DNA of 64,000 nt, taken from positions 15,190,001-15,254,000 of the forward strand of contig NC_043012.1 of assembly GCF_006345805.1 (NCBI RefSeq), read 5' to 3'. Below are positions 20,357-32,944 of the stretch, piece after piece. Position numbers and translations under genes: made by a program. Position 1 is the first letter of the stretch; each line of letters starts with the position of its first letter. Origin of the DNA: Octopus sinensis (lineage: Eukaryota). Under the pieces are notes generated by a model. That model did not search any database and was not told the origin of the DNA. It saw only the letters and a program-made list of their open reading frames with translations.

Positions 20357-23300
20357 ATAGACGAAATAGAAGGGGGTATAGCTACACATGGGGTAGAAGA
20401 TAACTGGACGCTTCTAAGGGACAACCTGCTGAAAGCCACTGACCAGATCTGTGGCTGGTGCAAAGTCCCTTCAAGACCCAAAATAACGTGGTGGTGGAAC
20501 AATATTGTTGACAGGCTATTAGACAAAAGAAACAGGCTAGGAAGGACTGGAAGAACAGTGGTAGCAGGGAAGTGTATCAGACTGCCAGAAGGGAAGCTAG
20601 GAGGCAGGTGTATTTAGCCAGAGGGGAAGCAGATAAGAAAAAATTTGCCAATGTTCTGCGCCGTGAGGATGAAAGACTTGAGGTATTTCGTATTGCAAGA
20701 CAGTGTGTGAGAGAGAATCGTGACGTGGTAGGAGAGAAATGTGTTCGCAAGGATGACGGCTCACTTGCACTAAATGAGGATGCAAAGAGAGAGGTTTGGA
20801 GACGCCACTTTGAAAGGTTGCTGAATGAGGAAAATGAATGGGATAAAGAGAGCCTGCCGAATGTCGACCCAACAGAGGGACCAGCAATCCGAGTTGACAG
20901 TTCCTTAGTAGTTAAGGCAATTACAAGCATGAAAACAGGGAAAGCCCCTGGCCCATCAGGAATTACTGCAGAGATGCTCAAAATATCTGGTAGTGTTGGC
21001 TATAGCCTAGTCACCCGTATAGTTAACCAGGTGATACACGAAGGAGTCATACCCAATGACTGGTGTAGCAGCATAATAGTCAACTGCTACAAAGGTAAAG
21101 GTGACGCTCTAGATACAAATAACTACAGGGGTATCAAGCTGCTGGATCAGGTAATGAAGGTCACGGAGAGGGTCATAGCCCAACTAATTAGAGAGAGAGT
21201 TAGCTTAGATGAGATGCAGTTTGGGTTCGTGCCAGGGAAAAGTACTACTGATGCTATATTCCTGGTAAGACAGCTGCAGGGGAAATACCTAGCCAAAGAC
21301 AAGCCCCTGTACCTGGCTTTTGTTGATATGGAGAAAGCCTTTGACAGGGTCCCCCGATCCCTTATCTGGTGGTCAATGAGGAAACTAGGGATAGATGAAT
21401 GGTTAGTGAGAGCTGTGCGAGCCATGTACAGAGACGCTGCTAGTAAGGTGAGGGTTGGCAACGAGTACAGTGAAGAATTCCAGGTAGAGGTTGGGGTCCA
21501 CCAAGGTTCAGTCCTCAGTCCCCTCTTATTTATCATAGTCCTCCAGGCAATAACGGAGGAATTCAAGACAGGATGCCCCTGGGAGCTCCTCTATGCTGAT
21601 GACCTTGCTCTAATTGCTGAGTCTCTATCAGAACTGGAGGAGAAGTTTCAGGTGTGGAAGCAAGGTTTAGAATCGAAGGGCCTTAGAATCAACCTTGCCA
21701 AAACCAAAGTCCTAATAAGTAGGAAGGTAGACCAATCACAAATGCCTTCAGGTAGATGGCCCTGCTTGATCTGTAAAAAAGGCGTAGGTAGAAACTCTAT
21801 AAGGTGCACCAAGTGTAAGCTATGGACACATAAGAGGTGTAGTAATATCAAAGGAAGACTAACTAGGAAAATAGTTTTTATCTGTGGCAGATGCTCAGGA
21901 GCAATAAACTCTGAAAATATGCAGAGACCAACTTCTACCACGTTCCAGGGAGAAAAACTAGAAGTAGTTGATAGCTTCCGCTACCTAGGTGACCAAGTCA
22001 GTAGCGGGGGTGGGTGTGCTGAAAGTGTAACTACTAGAGTAAGAATAGCCTGGGCAAAGTTTAGAGAGCTCTTACCCCTGCTGGTGACAAAAGGCCTCCC
22101 GCTCAGAGTAAAAGGCAGACTGTATGATGCATGTGTACGTACAGCCATGCTACATGGTAGTGAGACATGGGCTGTGACTGCTGAGGATTTGTGTAAGCTC
22201 GCAAGAAATGAAGCCAGTATGCTCCGATGGATGTGTAATGTCAGTGTTCATAATCGACAGAGTGTAAGTACCTTGAGAGAAAAATGGACCTAAGAAGCAT
22301 CAGTTGTGGTGTGCAAGAGAGACGTTTGCGCTGGTATGGTCATGTGACGAGAATGGCTGAAGATAGTTGTGTGAAAAGGTGCCACACCCTGGCGGTTGAG
22401 GGAACATGGACGAGGAAAACATGGACAGGAAAACATGGGACGAGGTGGTGAAGCACGGCCTTCGAACTTTAGGTCTCACCAAAGAAATGACTAGAGACCG
22501 AGACCTATGGAAGTATGCTGTGCATGAGAAGACCCAGCAAGACTAGTGAGAACATAACCTGTGGCCTACATACCTTTCCTTCTTGGGAAGCACGACCTTC
22601 GAACTTTAGGTCTCACCAAGGAAATGACTAGAGACCGAGACCTATGGAAGTATGCTGTGCGTGAGAAGACCCGGCAAGACTAGTGAGAACATAACCTGTG
22701 GCCTACATACCTTTCCTTCTTGGGACACAAAACTCCACTTGTGAAGACCCATTGAGACAAGTGAAAATCAAAATCAAATCAAAATCAAATCAAAATCAAA
22801 ATCAAACCAAATCAAATCAGATATCAGAAAGCAGAACCAAAATCGAAGTCGATCAACATCAATGGAAATTGCAGCTGTGGTTAAGCGAACCATCCGATCG
22901 TGGCCGTTGCCAGTGCCGCCCCGACTGGCCTCCGTGCCGGTGGCATGTAAAAGCACCATCCGTTCATGTCCGTTGCCAGCCTCGCCTGGCCCCCGTGCCA
23001 GTGGCATGTAGCACCATCCGTTCATGGCCGTTGGCAGCCTCACCTGGCCCCCGTGCTGGTGGCACGTAAAAGCACCATCTGTTCTTGGCCGTTTGCCAGC
23101 TCCGTCTGGCACCTGTGCGGGTGACACGTAAAAAGCACCCACTACACTCACAGAGTGGTTGGCGTTAGGAAGGGCATCCAGCCATAGAAACACTGCCAGA
23201 TCAGACTGGGCCTGATGCAGCCTTCTGGCTTCACAGACCCCAGTTGAACCGTCCAACCCATGCTAGCATGGAAAGCGGACGCTAAATGATGATGATGATG
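20357..23300 (+). mobile_element. 5'-truncated RTE-clade LINE
   Basis: RT ORF, 3' UTR with (AAATC)n and ~60-bp tandem units, and an (ATG)n tail. Confidence 0.95.
20572..22293 (+). pseudogene. RTE reverse transcriptase (573-codon open stretch, start missing) with embedded PHD-like finger
   Basis: GKAPGPSGI, NYRGIKLL, QFGFVPGKSTTDA, FVDMEKAFDRVP, GVHQGSVLSPLLF, LLYADDL, FRYLG, LHGSETW. Continues after a frameshift to RWYGHV. Confidence 0.95.
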
Positions 23301-23309
23301 ACATACACA

Positions 23310-23440
23310 TCAGTTGCAAATTTTGGCAAGGGCCAGCAATTTTAGGTGAAGTTAAATTGACTCCAGTATACAACTGGTACTTAATTTATTGGCCCTGAAG
23401 AGATGGAAGGCAAAGTCCCACTCAGCAGAATTTGAATTTC
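23310..23440 (-). mobile_element. SINE family S3, degenerate
   Basis: CTGGTACTTAATTTATT..GATGGAAGGCAAAGTC..GAATTTGAA matches the reverse complement of S3. Confidence 0.5.
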
Positions 23441-23654
23441 TTAAGTGAAGATGAGCCAAATGCCATTCAGTATTCTGTCTGGCATACAAAGGATTCTGCC
23501 AGCTTGCCGCCTTCACAGTGTTTATACATTAAGAATGGCACATGGCACCGTTATTATTTACCGAACTTCTAACCCACTATTAATATTGTCATTCTTTAAC
23601 AGGTTTAAAATAAGTAAAATGAATATAAATACTTCTCTCTGTGTGTGTTGCATT

Positions 23655-23920
23655 GTTTATCTTTTATCTTTTTAATTTGTTTCAGTCATTAGACTGCGAC
23701 CATGCTGGGGCACTGCCTTGAAGATTTCTTAGTTGAATGAATTGACCCCAGGACTTTTCTTTTGTAAGCCTGGTACTTATTTTATCAATCTCCTTTGCTG
23801 AATCGCTAAGTTTCAGGAACATAAATGTATCAACACTGGTTGTCAAGTGGTGACACAGGACAAACACAGATACAAAGACACATATGTAGATATATTTATA
23901 TATGTAACGATGGGCTTCTC
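23655..23920 (-). mobile_element. SINE family S1, 3' half
   Basis: Reverse-complement match. Confidence 0.75.
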
Positions 23921-23930
23921 TCAGTTTCTT

Positions 23931-24160
23931 ATTTCTTTACTACCCACAAGGATCTAAACACAGAGGGGACAAGCAACGACAGACAAATGGATCAAGTTGA
24001 TTTTATCGACCCCAGTGCGTAACTGGTACTTATTTAATCGATCCCGAAAGGATGAAAGGCAAAGTCGACCTCGGCGGAATTTGAACTCAGAACGTAGCGG
24101 CAGATGAAATACGGCTAAGCATTTCGCCTGGCGTGCTAACGTTTCTGCCAGCTTGCCGCC
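23931..24160 (-). mobile_element. SINE family S3, full length
   Basis: Reverse complement of 16601-16977 without the duplication. Tail TCCTTGTGGGTAGTAAAGAAAT. Confidence 0.85.
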
Positions 24161-24574
24161 TTCATAGTATTGAATTCTGCCTATTCATCGTAGACAAGGA
24201 CAGTGTGATTGGTGTAGATAACACCAATGAAATTGGATATTGACCATTTGATTCATACATTACTGCTCATGTATTTATTTGTGATTAGGGGATGTAGTCT
24301 GTGGATTTGTTTTAGCAGTGTTGTGTTATATGAGTATTGCTGCTATGATTAATCAAATTTTTTTTTGTGGGGAATTCCTGTAGACTGTATATGTATTGCC
24401 TACTCAAGTTTTATTATATAGTTTTGGTCTGTAATGCATTAGACTTACTCTTCTATGTAAATGCATGGTAGGAGTGTCATACTAACACAACAGCTTTAGT
24501 AATCAAATTCATGTACAAAATACTAATCACATTAGTCATTAGTAGTTTATTTATGGGTTTATGTGTTTGTCTTT

Positions 24575-25025
24575 TATCTTTTACTTGTTTCAATCATTAG
24601 AGTGTGGCCATGCTGGGGCACTGCCTTGAAGAATTTTTGGTCAAATGAATCAACCCCAGGACTTATCTTATTTTTTAAAACCTGGTACTTAGCCGTAGTG
24701 GGACACACACACACACACATACACATACGTGTGTATATATATATACATACATAAGTACACACACAGACACATACACCCCATCCCCCAACATACATACACC
24801 TATACAGATATATATCATCATCATCATCATCGTTTAACGTCCGTTTTCCATGCTGGCATGGGTTGGACGGTTCGACCGGGGTCTGGGAAGCCGGAAGGCT
24901 GCACCAGGCTCCAGTCTGATCTGGCAGAGTTTCTACAGCTGGATGCCCTTCCTAACGCCAACCACTCCGTGAGTGTAGTGGGTGCTTTTTACATGCTACT
25001 GGCACAGGTGCCAGGGAAGGCTGAT

Positions 25026-25086
<61 letters not shown>

Positions 25087-25240
25087 CGGTGAACTTCTTT
25101 CAGTTTCTGTCAACCAAATCCACTCACGAGGCTTTGGCTGGCCTCAGGTTATAGTAGAAGATACACTCCCAAGGTACCCCACAATGGGACTGAAACCAGA
25201 GCCTTGTGGTTGGGAAACAAGCTTCTAACCACACAGTCAC
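24575..25240 (-). mobile_element. SINE family S1 with an RTE 3'-end fragment (~24815-25015, -) nested in its microsatellite middle
   Basis: S1 3' half, (CA/TA)n, (CAT)n plus RTE tail, (TA)n, then S1 head. Confidence 0.75.
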
Positions 25241-25531
25241 GTTTGTGTTTACTTATTAATAAAAAGGTTTTAACTGCCCATGTTAAAACCATATTTAGAA
25301 GAACATTTAGAATTGTCTCCATAAAGGAAGTACCAGATAAAGATATACATGGAGTAAAAGATACACTAATCAACAGAAGCTAATCTAAAAATGCATAACA
25401 TAACAAACAAAGCCATAGGAAAATAAATACATCAGATACTACATACTAAATGCAAACTAGATTAATACATTATCAAAACAAAAAAACTAATAAAACAGAA
25501 CACAAAATACACTACACCAACCATAAGCTAA

Positions 25532-25989
25532 TGTAGCGTGAGTGATATCCTCACTGTTTGAGAGATATACAAGAAATGATCTCGTGTTAGATAACAATCA
25601 TCTTCGGCTATCTGACCCTGTTGTGACCACTGCTCTGATTGGTTGGTATTGGTGCAGTTTGTCTCTTGACTTATTTCACGCCAGTGTGTAAGCCAACCAA
25701 TCACGGCCTTCGGATAAGGTCCCATGACACTGTTTTTCTGATGCTTCATTTGAGCCATCTAAACCTTTTTAAAAGGTGAGATTGACAGACTATTATTTGT
25801 CTTTGGCTCTTGACCTTCTAAGGTATAGTCACTGACCACAGAGCACTCAACCATGTTCCAGCAACCCCAGTCTTAGGTTTTAGTCCTTTTCAGGACTAAC
25901 CTCTGACCTCAGAGCTACTCAGCCATGTTCCAGTTCTAGCGACAGATCACCAGCCAGCCAACCATGCTCCTGCTCCAGCCATGGCAACG
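25532..25989 (+). mobile_element. Solo LTR-like repeat copy B (uninterrupted homolog of copy A)
   Basis: Begins TGTAGC and ends GGCAACG (CA>CG?). Possible 4-bp TSD CTAA. Shares CTCACTGTTTGAGA, TTGGTGCA..GACTTATTT, CCAATCAC and the GTCTTAGGTTT.AGTCC motif with 4004-4312/9454-9608. Confidence 0.55.
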
Positions 25990-26355
25990 CTAATATACAC
26001 CAGCAACTTAGGACGTCCAACTAAGATTACAAAGCTTCTTATCTGTCCTGTGAAAAAAGTTTTGAACTGATTTCAATTCTCAGCTTCAATTGCTACATCC
26101 TTTAAGGAAATCATTTGTTGGTAGGGATAAAATCCAAAGTCTGAAACTAGCAAGGGTCTACATAAGCAATAAATGATAAATATAATATTTAAGGGGATTT
26201 GTAGGTGTCAGTAAGTTGTGAGGAATGGTAAGATGCTTTCTGTAACATTGCTAACTAAATTTAATTTCTTCATCATCTGTTTATCTGTTGAGAAGGACTT
26301 CTGGCATTGGGCAAGTAAAAGAATGGTCTGGGATATAATCAAGCATCTTTAATAG

Positions 26356-26369
26356 AAAGAGAGAGAGAA

Positions 26370-26446
<77 letters not shown>
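26356..26446. repeat. (AG)n microsatellite
   Basis: Direct inspection. Confidence 0.95.
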
Positions 26447-26452
<6 letters not shown>

Positions 26453-27039
26453 TTAATTTTGAGGACTTTCCTTTTCTTCTTATATTATCTATTTAGTCAG
26501 GAAGAAATGCAGTTCACATGACCCTTTACAGGGCTGCTGAGATTAGTGAGAGAGAATGAAGAAAGTATCCTCACACCCATGACCTTGGCCAGAATGCTTG
26601 CCCCACCATCTGGTCCTTGGGTGCTTTTAGAAGAGTAGACTTCACTAAAAGAACACAAGGACCAGATAGTAGTTGTAAAGCCCACAACGGATTAACCTTT
26701 GGCTTGTCTAAAGCATTTTTGCAAGTTTGTCCTAAATGTTAATGCTTGTGTACAGACTTTTAGTGTTTGTTTCATATGTTCTGAGTAATATAAAGCTTTT
26801 CTTTTGTAAATCCTGAGTTAGGCTGATGGCTGAAAGAAATTGGAAATGTGTAACATATATAATGCAAGAGGAATATGCCTTGTATATCATAAGTGATGCA
26901 CAGGATAGATAAAGGGTTAAGTGCACTACCTAAGTAAGCCATGGCATGAATTAAGGCTGGAATAAATATCATGAAGCATCCTGTCCAAAACTTTGAAAAT
27001 TCCATCAATATACAATCCTAGAATAGTGCCTCTGCTAGT

Positions 27040-27400
27040 AGAGTGCCAAGAGCACCATCCGAGCGTGATTGTTGCCAGAGCAGCCAACTGGCTTCCGTGC
27101 CGGTGGCACGTAAAGGGGCACCATTCGAGCGTGATCGTTACCAACGTCGCCTTACTGGCATGTGTAAAAAGATTTGAGCGAGGTCATTGCCAGTACTGCC
27201 TGACTGGCCCCCCGTGTTGGTGGCATGTAAAAAGCACCCACTACACTCTCGGAGTGGTTGGCATTAGGAAGGGCATGCAGCTGTAGAAACTCTGCCAGAT
27301 CAAGATTGGAGCCTGGTGCGGCCATCTGGTTCGCCAGCCCTCAGTCGAAATCGTCCAACCCATGCTAGCATGGAAAGCGGACGTTAAACGATGATGATGA
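27040..27400 (+). mobile_element. RTE 3' UTR fragment (subfamily shared with 37975-38350)
   Basis: AAAAGCACCCACTACACTCTCGGAGTGG..CGGACGTTAAACGATGATGATG. Confidence 0.8.
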
Positions 27401-27489
27401 TATCTTGGAAGAATGAAAGGCAAAGTTGAAATCAGTAGGATTTTAATTCGGAACACAAGAAGCTGGAATGAATATCACAAGGGAGGGTC

Positions 27490-27790
27490 ACTGCTTTTAT
27501 GGGTGAATGAAACAAAATCTTTAAGTATTAGGACTTGCCAGTTAATCCTTACTTCCAGCCTGTGGCGTCTGAGACATTTGGAAGGACTGGGCTGCTAATG
27601 ACGAAGTTCTTGTCATCATTTGCAATTTACCTCACCAAGGAGTCAGGTGATGCCTTTGAGAGTCCTTGGCTGTCCAATACCTTAGCTTCCTCATCACCTG
27701 CTGTAACGACATGAATGTGTTGGCTTGTTTTAATTAGGTTCTGTTGAACCTTGTGATGTGCAACTGATGCACTTAGTGCACTTGATGCAC
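27490..27790 (+). mobile_element. CRE/R2-group (REL endonuclease) retrotransposon 3' remnant
   Basis: Frame 27523-27714 reads KY*DLPVNPYFQPVASETFGRTG..TKFLSS..ESGDAFESPWL, resembling the C-terminal F.PVA.ET.G..G...FL motif of CRE-like elements. Recognition only. Confidence 0.5.
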
Positions 27791-27934
27791 TTAGTGGTAA
27801 ATTGATGATTTTTTTCCTCCTTTCTTCCTCTTTTTTTCTCTTCTTTTCTTCCTTTGCACATGTTTGTGTTTTTTTTTTCAGTTTTGGATTTGTATTTTAC
27901 TGTGGATTATTTATCTAATTACATATGTGTACTT

Positions 27935-28075
27935 TTATCATCATCATCATCATTATTTAGTATCTGCATTCCGTGCTGGCATGAGTTAGACGGTTTCACT
28001 GTCTGAGCTGGAGAACCACACCAAGTTCCAGTGTGATTTGGCATAGTTTCTATGACTGGATGCCCTTCTGATACA
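27935..28075 (-). mobile_element. RTE 3'-end fragment, degenerate
   Basis: (CAT)n tail followed by CCGTGCTGGCATG..CTGGATGCCCTTC. Confidence 0.55.
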
Positions 28076-28289
28076 GTTCCCTGCTACCCTAAATCTTCCA
28101 AGTTTTCCAAGCCTGTTTCTTTACTCTAATGGCCTTCTCTACTGTATTATTCCACCACCACATTTCCCTAGGTCTGGAAGGGACTTTGCACCAGCCACAT
28201 GCTACAAGATGTCAAATGACTCCAAAACTACTTTATTTATCACACAGACTCATGCTGAAAGTGAGGGAAATGAACAAAAAAGATTTTTA

Positions 28290-28551
28290 TGTATGTATGT
28301 GTGTATGTATATATATATATATATATATAATAAAACAATACTGGGAGGATAAGAAATGGAATGAAGCGAAGAATCGAACGAACCCGATGCGGGCTTTTCT
28401 GTTTTCGTTTCTGTTGAGTTCTACGTCTTTTTGTGGTGTCCTGTATTTACGTATATATATTTATATATGCATGTATATATACATGTAGATGTAGGTACGT
28501 ACATATATGTTTGTATGTATGCATATATTTTATTTATTACACTATATATAT

Positions 28552-28600
<49 letters not shown>

Positions 28601-29018
28601 GGGAATATAATTCCAAACGTGCGTAGTCAACTTAATGTTTATTTAATTTAGTGATTTTTTAATAATATTTATTAAAGTATATTTAAAAATTTTTTCTGTA
28701 TGGTGTAGATAATGTCTTTCACTATTGGATTGCTTAATAGAGGTTATTTCTCTTAATTATATATATATATATGTACATATATATGTGTGTATATATGCAT
28801 GTATATATATATTATATATATATGTATGTATATGTACATGTATATGTATGTATATATATATATATATAAATACATATGTATATATATGTATGAATATATA
28901 TATATTGTGTGTGTGTGTGTATGCATATATGGGTACAGGATATCACCAACTGTGCAAACATGAAATACGTAAACTAATGAGTTAAATACATAAACAATGA
29001 GAGTAAAAAATGGAAAAC

Positions 29019-29097
<79 letters not shown>

Positions 29098-29231
29098 GTA
29101 TGTATGTATGTATGTATGTATGTATGTATGTATGTATGTATGAATGTATATGTGTGCATATATATATACACACATATATACACATATATATGTATACACA
29201 CACATCCATGCACACACAAGTACACACACGC

Positions 29232-29265
<34 letters not shown>

Positions 29266-29330
29266 CACACACACACACACATACTCACTCACACACATGT
29301 ACATATATGTATATATGTATGTATTTCAGG
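28290..29330. repeat. Large compound (TA)n/(TATG)n/(CA)n microsatellite field
   Basis: Direct inspection. Source of many spurious YI/CV/HT ORFs. Confidence 0.95.
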
Positions 29331-30673
29331 ACAAAGAATAAACAGCTTTGTAAAAAAAAAATTTAACTTGACTCATGCAAAATGGCATAAATTGGCAGCA
29401 GATTCTCCAATCATGAATAAATTTATAATGTGTGACAATACTGCTGCAGATAATAGAAAACCAAGACATCGTCAGCTTCGGCAGGTTTCCTTTCCCCCAA
29501 GTTCTTCGGTTGTGGCTGAAGCTGCAAATGTCAGTAACACTTGTTTGTAACTTGAAACTGATCCAACCATTGCTGCTGAATTACAAATTGTCCCCGAGAT
29601 GTGTCCATATGCCACATGATATTCTGTTCTTGATCATCTTACTTGATTTTCACACATAATTTGTTACAAAAAATTAGCTTTTATTTCAAAGTTTATGACA
29701 AGTTTCACGTTATGAAAGATTAATAGAAGTTAGTGCCATGATGTATATATACAAGTATTTGAGTATTTCGTTAGACTTGAGTTTATTGTTATCTCTGCCA
29801 AAAACAAAACTTAGATTTCAATGCAGTTTTTGTCCAGACTTTTTGACATGTCATGTAAAAGTAGAAGAAATTAAAAAAAAATAAAGAAAATACAGAAAAA
29901 GGGGGCAAAAATCCAAAAGTCAATGTTACCTCTCATCTATGACTTTAGCCCCCTTTTTTTCCTTTGTTTTCTCTCCCCAACACCACCGTCGCTTTATTGC
30001 TTGTAGTTTCTCCCACACATTTTCTCAATCTCTGAAAGTATAGAATGTGTGAAGCAATTAACACTTTAACTAAATGTATGTATTACATGATGTAATATAT
30101 ATTTCCAATCTATTTTTTTTCTAGAGTGTTCAAAATGTTTTCACCAGAAAGAAGATATCACTTGTCTTCTAACCATATTCCCAGAGAACAGAACTGTTTA
30201 AACACACACACACATATATGCATGCCTACTTATAGGATTTTTGTGTGTAATGGTCGCTAACAACAAACAGTAACTAACAGGTATAATGAAAAATATGAAT
30301 ATGTGTGAAAGTTCTACCCCCAGCTAATTCTATAAAACCACTTACAAGACCTATATATATATATATATACACATATATGTATGTGTGTATATCATTTATA
30401 TATATATATATATATCATTTATATAATATATATGTATATAAGAAGTTTCAAAATTAGAGCAGAAATGAAACAAGAACAGAAAATTCAAATACAGGTCAAG
30501 ACATTGGTAATCCTCATCAGTTATCAGTGAGAAGAGCTTTACATTTTCATGCCGTTAATGATAATATTGTTCACTTTTGGTGGCATCATATATATATATA
30601 CATGTGTGTGTGTGTGTGAGTATGTGTGTGTATGTACATGTGTGTGTGTGTGTGTCTGTGTGTACACACACCT

Positions 30674-30714
<41 letters not shown>

Positions 30715-30715
<1 letters not shown>

Positions 30716-31515
30716 CATCATCATCATCGTTTAGCGTTCATTTTCCATGCTAGCATGGGTTGGACGATTTTGACTGAGGGCTGGCAAACCAGATGGCTGC
30801 ACCAAGCTCCAGTCTGATCTGGCAGCGTTTCTACAGCTGGATGCCGTTCCTAATGCCAACCACTCCATGAGTGTAGTGGGTGCTTTTTATGTGCCACCGG
30901 CACAGGTGCCAGACGAGGCTGGCAAATGGCCATGATCGGATGGTGCTTTTTATGTGCCACCGGCATGGAGGCCAGGCGAGGCTGGCAACGGCCACGATCG
31001 GATGGTGCCCTTTTACGTGCCACCGGTATGGAGGCCAGTCGGGGTGGCGCTGGCAATGACCATGTTCGGATGGTTCTCTTACATGCCACCGGCACTGGTA
31101 TCACAGCTACAATTTCCATTCATGTTGATCGATTTCGATTTTTATCTGTTTTTGATTTTGATTTTCACTTGCCTCAACAGGTCTTCACAAGTAGAGTTTG
31201 GTGTCCCAAGAAGGAAAGGTATACATAAGTGGACTGGGTACATCCCAGGTAGAGGCCACGGGTTATGGTCTCACTTTTCCTGCCGGGTCTTCTCACGCAC
31301 AGCATACTTCCAGATGTCTCGGTCTCTAGTCATTTTCTCGGTGAGACCTAAAGTTCGAAGGCTGTGCTTCACAACCTCGTCCCATGTTTTTCTGGGTCTA
31401 CCTCTATCACAGGTTCCCTCAACCGCTAGGGTGTGGCACTTTTTCACACAACTATCTTCATCCATTCTCGCCACATGACCATACCAGCGCAACGTCTCTC
31501 TTGTACACCACAACT
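30715..31515 (-). mobile_element. RTE LINE 3' fragment including the ORF2 C-terminus
   Basis: LRWYGHVARMDEDSCVKKC..GRPRKTWDEVV, 3' UTR tandem units and (ATG)n tail. Homologous to 22300-23300. Confidence 0.9.
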
Positions 31516-31634
31516 GTTAGAAGATATATTAACCGCATGAAGGAATGGTTTCATCCAAGGAGATACTGGTTCAATAAACTAGTATTTTAGGGGAATGAAT
31601 TTCTTTAAGATAATAGGTGTATATAAAGCATATT

Positions 31635-31879
31635 GTTTATATCCATGTAAAAGAAGAAAAGAAAATGGAGTTATTATCAACAACAAATTGGTCATCTTTG
31701 CTTCTTACAGCCATTTCAATGATTCGCATAAATGTAAATTTAATGTACAAATTTGAAATTAAATTATTGAGTATTAATTGAAACGGCTGTAAGAAGCGAA
31801 AATGACCAATTCGTTAATAATAAACAATTATTAACTTTTTAATTTCCATTTTCTTTTATTCTTTTAAATGGATATAAAC
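31635..31879. repeat. Imperfect fold-back (arms 31635-31720 and 31777-31879)
   Basis: AATTGGTCATCTTTGCTTCTTACAGCCATTTCAAT versus ATTGAAACGGCTGTAAGAAGCGAAAATGACCAATT. Outer GTTTATATCCAT versus ATGGATATAAAC. Confidence 0.8.
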
Positions 31880-32944
31880 TATATATATATATATATATAT
31901 AAAATTAAATAATAAGGGTAGAAATTGATATTAATCAATTAAAACCAGTGGCTTAGCATATTTTAAAAAATCCGAAGATTAAAAATTGTGTTATATACAA
32001 AATTTAAAGGACTGACCACTAAAAGTGGACAGCCTATATGCTAAACATAGATGTCAAATCGCCATTACCACAAAGAATATGTTCTCAAGAAAAATCTCAG
32101 CTAAAAACCAAAATGTAAAAATATACGAAATAAAAAATGATTACCTATGTGCCATTGGTTTCACTTGTTAATATTTACGTATATGAACATGCAAACATCT
32201 GCAAGATCATCAGCATAGTCTGTTGTTTACAAAACACAATTTCCAGAACTAGATACAGAACACTCAACCAAAATCGAGCATGTATAAAGTTGTACAAATT
32301 ATATTTGGGTGTATTTTCGAAAAGCCTTCACTTTGGCGCGTGGAGGTCGGAAATTACTCTGCAGTTAATAAATTGGCTGCAACAAATTAAGTCTTCATTC
32401 CAAGTGGGCCACAACAGGATTTGAATCCAGAGTACATAAAATCAGAACAAATACCACAAGGTATATTGGCACTGTAACAGTTCCACAACTGCTGGTATTT
32501 CATTTATTAATTCTTTTGTTACATATCAAGGAAATCAACTTTGCATTCAACACTGATGTTGTTCGTTATCTGTTGCTAATTAGTACTTTGGTCTTTCTGT
32601 ATTGAAGATTACACGTTTAGATATTAAGCTTGAAACCAAACTTCAAAACTTTGAAATTATTTTCGTTTTCATTCAACACATTTTAACTTTTTTTTTTAGT
32701 TCATTTTCACTCAACACATTCTGCAATGACAAACTGGATTATCTGCAATGACAACTGGATTATCTGTATATAATATTTCACCACAAAGACTGTAATGAAC
32801 AGAGATAAAGAGAGGATGACTGAACAAGTATTTGTAGGCTCAGTCCTTTACTGAATCAACTGTCAACCCTTGTATTGATGATAGCACCTCTTGTACAAGC
32901 TTTATGAAGACATTCAACTCAAAGCATTTACAGAACAGCCAGAC

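Noticed and set aside
26497-26685. 62-aa minus-strand ORF in non-repetitive sequence
   Set aside because: No convincing splice sites or homology.
28129-29550. Numerous YI/CV/HT-rich ORFs (also at 14216-14539, 41581-42329 and 59745-60087)
   Set aside because: Translations of dinucleotide and tetranucleotide microsatellites.
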